In this document: piece after piece, positions 1 through 2,018 of the stretch
Layout: each line of letters starts with the position of its first letter
Position numbering within the stretch: the stretch's first letter is position 1
DNA from: Naegleria gruberi
Taxonomy: Eukaryota
Length of the DNA: 2,018 nucleotides
Reading direction: 5' to 3' (one strand)
NCBI GenBank assembly: GCA_000004985.1
Contig: GG739296.1
Notes under the pieces: model-generated
What the model was told of the DNA's origin: nothing
What the model saw: only the letters and a program-made list of their open reading frames with translations
The model's database searches: none
Position numbers and translations under genes: made by a program

Positions 1-93
1 ATGTATATTGAAAATGCAACAATGAATTGAAGGTTTCAGTGCGTGTATTTCAAAAATATTGCATCAAAAACATTACATCAATTTGAAGTGTCA

Positions 94-100
94 TATAAAA
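94..100 (+). promoter_or_regulatory. TATA-like box (TATAAAA), a candidate core promoter element for the + strand gene.
   Basis: The match lies within tcaTATAAAAataaaaaaa. It is ~290 bp upstream of ATG 386, which is far for so compact a locus. It could equally be a chance match in AT-rich spacer. Confidence 0.25.
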
Positions 101-116
101 ATAAAAAAATGAAATT

Positions 117-140
117 GTGTAATCTAGTGTAATCAATCTA
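117..140. repeat. Imperfect 10-bp tandem repeat: GTGTAATCTA then GTGTAATC(AATC)TA.
   Basis: gtgtaatc occurs at 117-124 and again at 127-134, so the two TAATC cores are spaced by one helical turn. The second copy carries an internal AATC duplication. It sits about 20-30 bp downstream of the TATA-like box. Confidence 0.6.
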
Positions 141-150
141 ACTATTGATT
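131..150. promoter_or_regulatory. Inverted repeat AATCAAT-N6-ATTGATT (7-bp arms), a candidate protein-binding palindrome.
   Basis: aatcaat (131-137) and attgatt (144-150) are exact reverse complements. The palindrome overlaps the second copy of the GTGTAATC repeat. Confidence 0.3.
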
Positions 151-385
151 CTCAAAACGTGGCATAATATCATATTGTCATCTTTTCTGTTGTAATAAAT
201 GTTGTTGAGCTACATTGCAGAAACAGTGAATTTGTCTTTGGAATTTTCATTATCATCTCCGAAGTTGAGCATCAATCAACTCCAAAGACCGCCCGTAGTA
301 TCTCCGTATCAACCAAATCATGGATTCGTTATAAATGAACACGCGAATCAAACAAAACAAGATTCAAAAAAAAATAGCAAACACC

Positions 386-448
386 ATGATCAAACTCATC
401 ACATTCCTTCTCTTTAGTTTAACTTTCGTCTTGTTTATTTCATCATCT
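386..448 (+). other. Predicted N-terminal signal peptide (21 aa), with cleavage after SSS. If translation starts at 335 this becomes a type II signal-anchor.
   Basis: MIKLITFLLFSLTFVLFISSS has Lys3 in the n-region, the hydrophobic h-region LITFLLFSLTFVLFI, and a small polar c-region (S-S-S) that satisfies the -3/-1 rule. This was read directly from the translation. No predictor was run. Confidence 0.5.
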
Positions 449-943
449 TTCCAAACAGGACCAATTTGGCCATACGAATGGTCAACCCTTGCCTATCAAA
501 ATTCAGGTGGTTTTGTCGACACCAATCCTTCCAAACTTGCCACCTATCGTATCTTCAATTCCTATCAATTAAAAGCCGAAAGAATTGAAATCCAATTCTT
601 CAACGAACCATTACTCATCCAAATCCATGCAGGTTTCACTCAATATTCATTCTATCCACATAATAATACGTGCAATGTTGTTGAATTGGGTTTCAATCCA
701 CTTCCATATAATTGGTTACAAAATGCAACATTTGCTGGAAATCAAGTTGTAAATGGAGTTAATTGTAGAGTGTGGAAGAGATTGACTTCTACTTATTGGG
801 AAGATGAAACTGATGGAACTCCTGTTAAGGTTAATGAGAGTGACTTTTTTGTGTGGAATTTCATTTCTGGAACTTTCAAGGCAGGAAATCAAAATAAGAA
901 TTTGTTTGATATTCCAGTTTATTGTAAAAAGAATAGAAAGTAA
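386..943 (+). CDS. Secreted or membrane-anchored protein of unknown function, 186 aa from ATG 386. The ORF-track start at 335 would add 17 N-terminal residues. It has a signal peptide and is predicted N-glycosylated.
   Basis: The frame is open from 335 to a TAA stop at 941-943. ATG 386 has A at -3, whereas ATG 335 has T at -3. From 386 the protein begins MIKLITFLLFSLTFVLFISSS|FQTGP, a textbook signal peptide (Lys n-region, 14-residue hydrophobic core, Ser at -1 and -3). The mature part (~165 aa) has three N-x-T/S sequons (Asn codons at 662-664, 722-724, 833-835) and three Cys. It is rich in aromatic residues with alternating hydrophobic patterns (RIEIQFF, LLIQIHAGF, NVVELGF, FFVWNFI) that suggest a beta-rich fold. 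Codon usage (GGA, CCA, AGA preferred) matches the neighbouring P4H gene. I recognise no family. Confidence 0.65.
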   Translation: MIKLITFLLFSLTFVLFISSSFQTGPIWPYEWSTLAYQNSGGFVDTNPSKLATYRIFNSYQLKAERIEIQFFNEPLLIQIHAGFTQYSFYPHNNTCNVVELGFNPLPYNWLQNATFAGNQVVNGVNCRVWKRLTSTYWEDETDGTPVKVNESDFFVWNFISGTFKAGNQNKNLFDIPVYCKKNRK

Positions 944-949
944 ATTAGT

Positions 950-955
950 TTTATT
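950..955 (-). promoter_or_regulatory. Candidate poly(A) signal AATAAA for the P4H-like gene, ~68 nt downstream of its stop.
   Basis: + strand 'tttatt' at 950-955 reverse-complements to AATAAA. It lies only 7 nt beyond the TAA of the convergent + strand gene. If it is used, cleavage would fall inside the other gene's coding region, which means the 3' ends of the two transcripts overlap. Confidence 0.3.
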
Positions 956-1022
956 GGAATATTCAATACTATGATTCGAATAGTTTAAATGTGTCAAGTC
1001 CATCATTATTCAAGAGAAGAAA

Positions 1023-1778
1023 TTAGTATTTTAATTCTTCACGTTTCGAATACATTATATCTGATCTCATAATATACTTCACACCCTTAAAGACCTTCTC
1101 TCCACCATGCAACATGTGTTTATCATTCTGAAGGAATATCAATGCATTTCCAGCTGGTTCAGTAACCTTTCTAGTCATCAACTCCATTCGAGAATCATAA
1201 AATATCGTCGATCCACCCTCAAACTCTCCATCCAATTGAGAATTCAGATAAATAATGAGAGTGAGATAGCTCTTAGTTTTGTTCTTGTGATCCTCAAAGC
1301 TGCCATCGACGTGTTTGTTGAAATAATGCCCTGGTTTATACTTGCATAATCTCCAACGAGGATTTATACTTGCCAAATGCAATGTTCTGCCATCCTTACT
1401 CAATGTTTGTGGCAGATGTTGCTTTATACGATTCCAGACTATTTCAGTAAATTTTGGATCGTCACTCATTAAACGATCATTAAATCGATCATTATAGGCA
1501 TAGCAAAACTTATCCGCATCCTCATATCCCATCTTTTCACTCAACTCTATCATTAATTTACATTCGTCTTTTGAAAGCACTTGATCCAATACGAAACATG
1601 GTTTCTTTACTTGTTCAACCTCCTCAACTGTTTTTCTTGAAACTCGTGGACACCAATTATTCGAATCCATCAGAAGCATATTTTTTTGTATTTGTGAAAT
1701 ATTCTCATCATTAGAATCATTCAGTATTGGTGCATAGACCATCTCGTTCCATCCTGTAGGAGCAGAAAGTAAAGTCAT
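1023..1778 (-). CDS. Prolyl 4-hydroxylase-type 2-oxoglutarate/Fe(II)-dependent dioxygenase (P4Hc / 2OG-FeII_Oxy_3-like), 251 aa, soluble, with no signal peptide.
   Basis: A complete ORF runs from ATG (+ strand 'cat' at 1776-1778) to TAA (+ strand 'tta' at 1023-1025). The P4Hc N-terminal block is PCFVLDQVLSKDECKLMIELS (consensus P-x-[ILV]..FLS.eEC..LI.l). The iron-binding His-x-Asp is KPGHYFNKH156-V-D158 (codons at 1311-1313 and 1305-1307), followed by the hydrophobic strand YLTLIIYLNSQLDGEFEGGST. The second iron His is H224 in ALIFLQNDKHMLHGGE (codon 1107-1109), 68 residues after the first His. The 2OG C5-carboxylate-binding basic residue is K234 in G-V-K-Y (codon 1077-1079), in the G-x-[RK]-Y position. 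That residue is Lys in collagen, plant and viral P4Hs and Arg in the HIF prolyl hydroxylases. Residues 1-57 (MTLLSAPTGWNEMVYAPILNDSNDENISQIQKNM...) form an N-terminal extension with no hydrophobic leader. Confidence 0.85.
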   Translation of the reverse strand: MTLLSAPTGWNEMVYAPILNDSNDENISQIQKNMLLMDSNNWCPRVSRKTVEEVEQVKKPCFVLDQVLSKDECKLMIELSEKMGYEDADKFCYAYNDRFNDRLMSDDPKFTEIVWNRIKQHLPQTLSKDGRTLHLASINPRWRLCKYKPGHYFNKHVDGSFEDHKNKTKSYLTLIIYLNSQLDGEFEGGSTIFYDSRMELMTRKVTEPAGNALIFLQNDKHMLHGGEKVFKGVKYIMRSDIMYSKREELKY

Positions 1779-1786
1779 TTTTTTTT
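1779..1786 (-). promoter_or_regulatory. A8 tract directly abutting the P4H start codon (AATTAAAAAAAA-ATG), an A-rich translation-initiation context or leader.
   Basis: The + strand has T8 at 1779-1786, contiguous with the 'cat' at 1776-1778. The + strand gene has a comparable A9 tract at 366-374, 12 nt upstream of ATG 386. Confidence 0.4.
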
Positions 1787-1900
1787 AATTTTGTGTGCTT
1801 TTTTTATTTTGCACTTTTAATTATTTTACAAAGTTATTAATAGAATTTTTACTTTTTTTAGAATGATTTCAAAGTTCATCATCAAATAACCAGTTATTAG

Positions 1901-1926
1901 TTTACAATATTTACAATATTTACAAT
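1901..1926. repeat. Perfect tandem repeat (TTTACAATA) x 2.9. On the - strand it reads UAUUGUAAA, giving tandem UGUAAAUA.
   Basis: Direct reading gives tttacaata|tttacaata|tttacaat with no mismatches and a 9-bp period. It lies 16-41 nt 3' of the putative stop at 1942-1944 (- strand) and 123-148 bp upstream of the P4H ATG. Confidence 0.8.
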
Positions 1927-1941
1927 GAGGTGCTGATTAAG

Positions 1942-2018
1942 TTACATTAGTTTTTCAGCCACTTTATCCCTTAGTTCTTCAAGTTGCTCTGCACCTAATA
2001 CTCGCTTTTGTGTCTTGT
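1942..2018 (-). CDS. Probable 3' end of a gene that continues beyond the window. The last 25 codons read ...KTQKRVLGAEQLEELRDKVAEKLM*.
   Basis: The - strand frame is open from the window edge to a TAA stop (+ strand 'tta' at 1942-1944). The peptide has a helical or coiled-coil character (EQLEELRDKVAEKL). Local GC (~37%) matches coding rather than spacer composition. The stop lies 163 bp upstream of the P4H ATG, which fits the spacing seen elsewhere in the window. The call is weak: it covers only 25 codons, and two + strand frames are also open over 1958-2018. Confidence 0.3.
   Translation of the reverse strand, partial: KTQKRVLGAEQLEELRDKVAEKLM

Noticed and set aside
78-85. A Mimivirus-type early promoter octamer (CAAATTGA on the - strand, one mismatch to AAAATTGA), with short palindromes in the 3' spacer taken as hairpin terminators.
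   Set aside because: There is a single imperfect match with no downstream ORF on that strand. The palindromes in 944-1022 are only 6-8 bp, far shorter than the >=13-bp stems of the mimivirus hairpin rule. The evidence for a giant-virus origin is insufficient.
1-129. An open + strand frame at the left edge. MYIENATMN* ends at 28-30 and is followed by a 33-codon stop-free stretch (31..129). The - strand frame from 63 down to 1 (CNIFEIHALKPSIHCCIFNIH) is also open.
   Set aside because: These are too short to call. They have no start codon in a sensible position and no motifs. A stop-free run of ~30 codons is expected by chance several times in 2 kb of ~70% AT DNA (roughly a 6% chance per frame).
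196-201. Poxvirus late-promoter-like TAAATG motifs at 196-201, 332-337 and 986-991.
   Set aside because: About three occurrences per 2 kb are expected by chance at this base composition. The third copy heads only a 15-codon ORF. The motif is not diagnostic here.
199-417. The 72-aa ORF as an independent gene, or as a 5' exon joined to the main ORF by a 67-nt intron (295..361, gtagta...acaag). That intron happens to preserve the frame.
   Set aside because: The product would place the hydrophobic signal sequence ~40 residues internal. The putative intron is GC-richer than the exons and has no polypyrimidine/TTTCAG acceptor. The frame match is a 1-in-3 coincidence. I kept it only as a possible upstream ORF (see findings).
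716-1006. A 96-aa ORF on the - strand (MMDLTHLNYSNHSIEYSNKTNLLSILF...).
   Set aside because: It lies antisense to the better-supported secreted-protein gene and runs through the AT-rich convergent spacer. Its composition is low-complexity (S, N, I, L), typical of the antisense frame of AT-rich coding DNA. It has no motif and no sensible start context.
1107-1349. An 80-aa ORF on the + strand (MQHVFIILKEYQCISSWFSNL...).
   Set aside because: It is entirely antisense to the catalytic core of the P4H-like gene, whose domain structure is unambiguous. It is the shadow ORF of a real gene.
1475-1495. A direct 9-bp repeat (cgatcatta x2, 12-bp period) inside the P4H coding region, encoding N-D-R-F-N-D-R-L.
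   Set aside because: It is a small in-frame micro-duplication in a variable linker of the protein. It has no structural or regulatory implication that I can support.
1793-1898. Small inverted repeats in the P4H upstream spacer: GTGC-N12-GCAC at 1795-1814 and AATAAC-CA-GTTATT at 1885-1898.
   Set aside because: The arms are only 4-6 bp in ~85% AT sequence, which is within chance expectation. The loop geometry is poor for RNA hairpins.
1-2018. A scan for tRNA, rRNA or other structured ncRNA, CRISPR repeats, transposon termini (TIR/LTR/target-site duplications) and multi-gene defence or biosynthetic systems.
   Set aside because: The window has no GC-rich cloverleaf-capable segments and no repeated spacer/repeat architecture. 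There are no terminal inverted or long direct repeats flanking a gene. Only two complete genes are present, and they have no evident functional coupling. The P4H lacks a signal peptide, so it would not meet the secreted protein in the ER.

Overview
This is an AT-rich, gene-dense window of about 33% GC. Coding stretches run at 35-40% GC and the spacers are far more AT-rich, with A/T homopolymer runs. It holds two well-supported intronless protein-coding genes arranged tail-to-tail, plus a probable gene end at the right edge. (1) A 186-aa protein on the + strand (386..943; the ORF track's alternative start is 335) has a classical N-terminal signal peptide, three N-glycosylation sequons, three Cys, and no domain I can recognise. 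(2) A 251-aa soluble prolyl-4-hydroxylase-type 2-oxoglutarate/Fe(II) oxygenase on the - strand (1023..1778) has a complete His-x-Asp...His + Lys catalytic signature and the typical P4Hc N-terminal block. It has no signal peptide. The two stop codons are only 79 bp apart. (3) The right edge (1942..2018, - strand) looks like the last 25 codons of a further gene. A perfect 2.9-copy TTTACAATA tandem repeat (1901..1926) lies immediately 3' of that stop. On the - strand it reads as tandem UGUAAAUA, which is the Pumilio/PUF recognition sequence. The upstream region of gene 1 carries a TATA-like box, a 10-bp tandem repeat (GTGTAATC) and a small palindrome. I cannot name the source organism. Codon usage favours GGA for Gly and CCA for Pro, all stops are TAA, a TTTTCAG motif is present, and the gene spacing is compact. 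All of this fits a nematode-like or other AT-rich compact eukaryote, and also an AT-rich large DNA virus; I treat the origin as unresolved. I see no rRNA, tRNA, CRISPR array, transposon or obvious multi-gene system. The most interesting items are the orphan secreted protein, the small cytosolic P4H-like enzyme, the very tight convergent arrangement, and the PUF-element-like tandem repeat.
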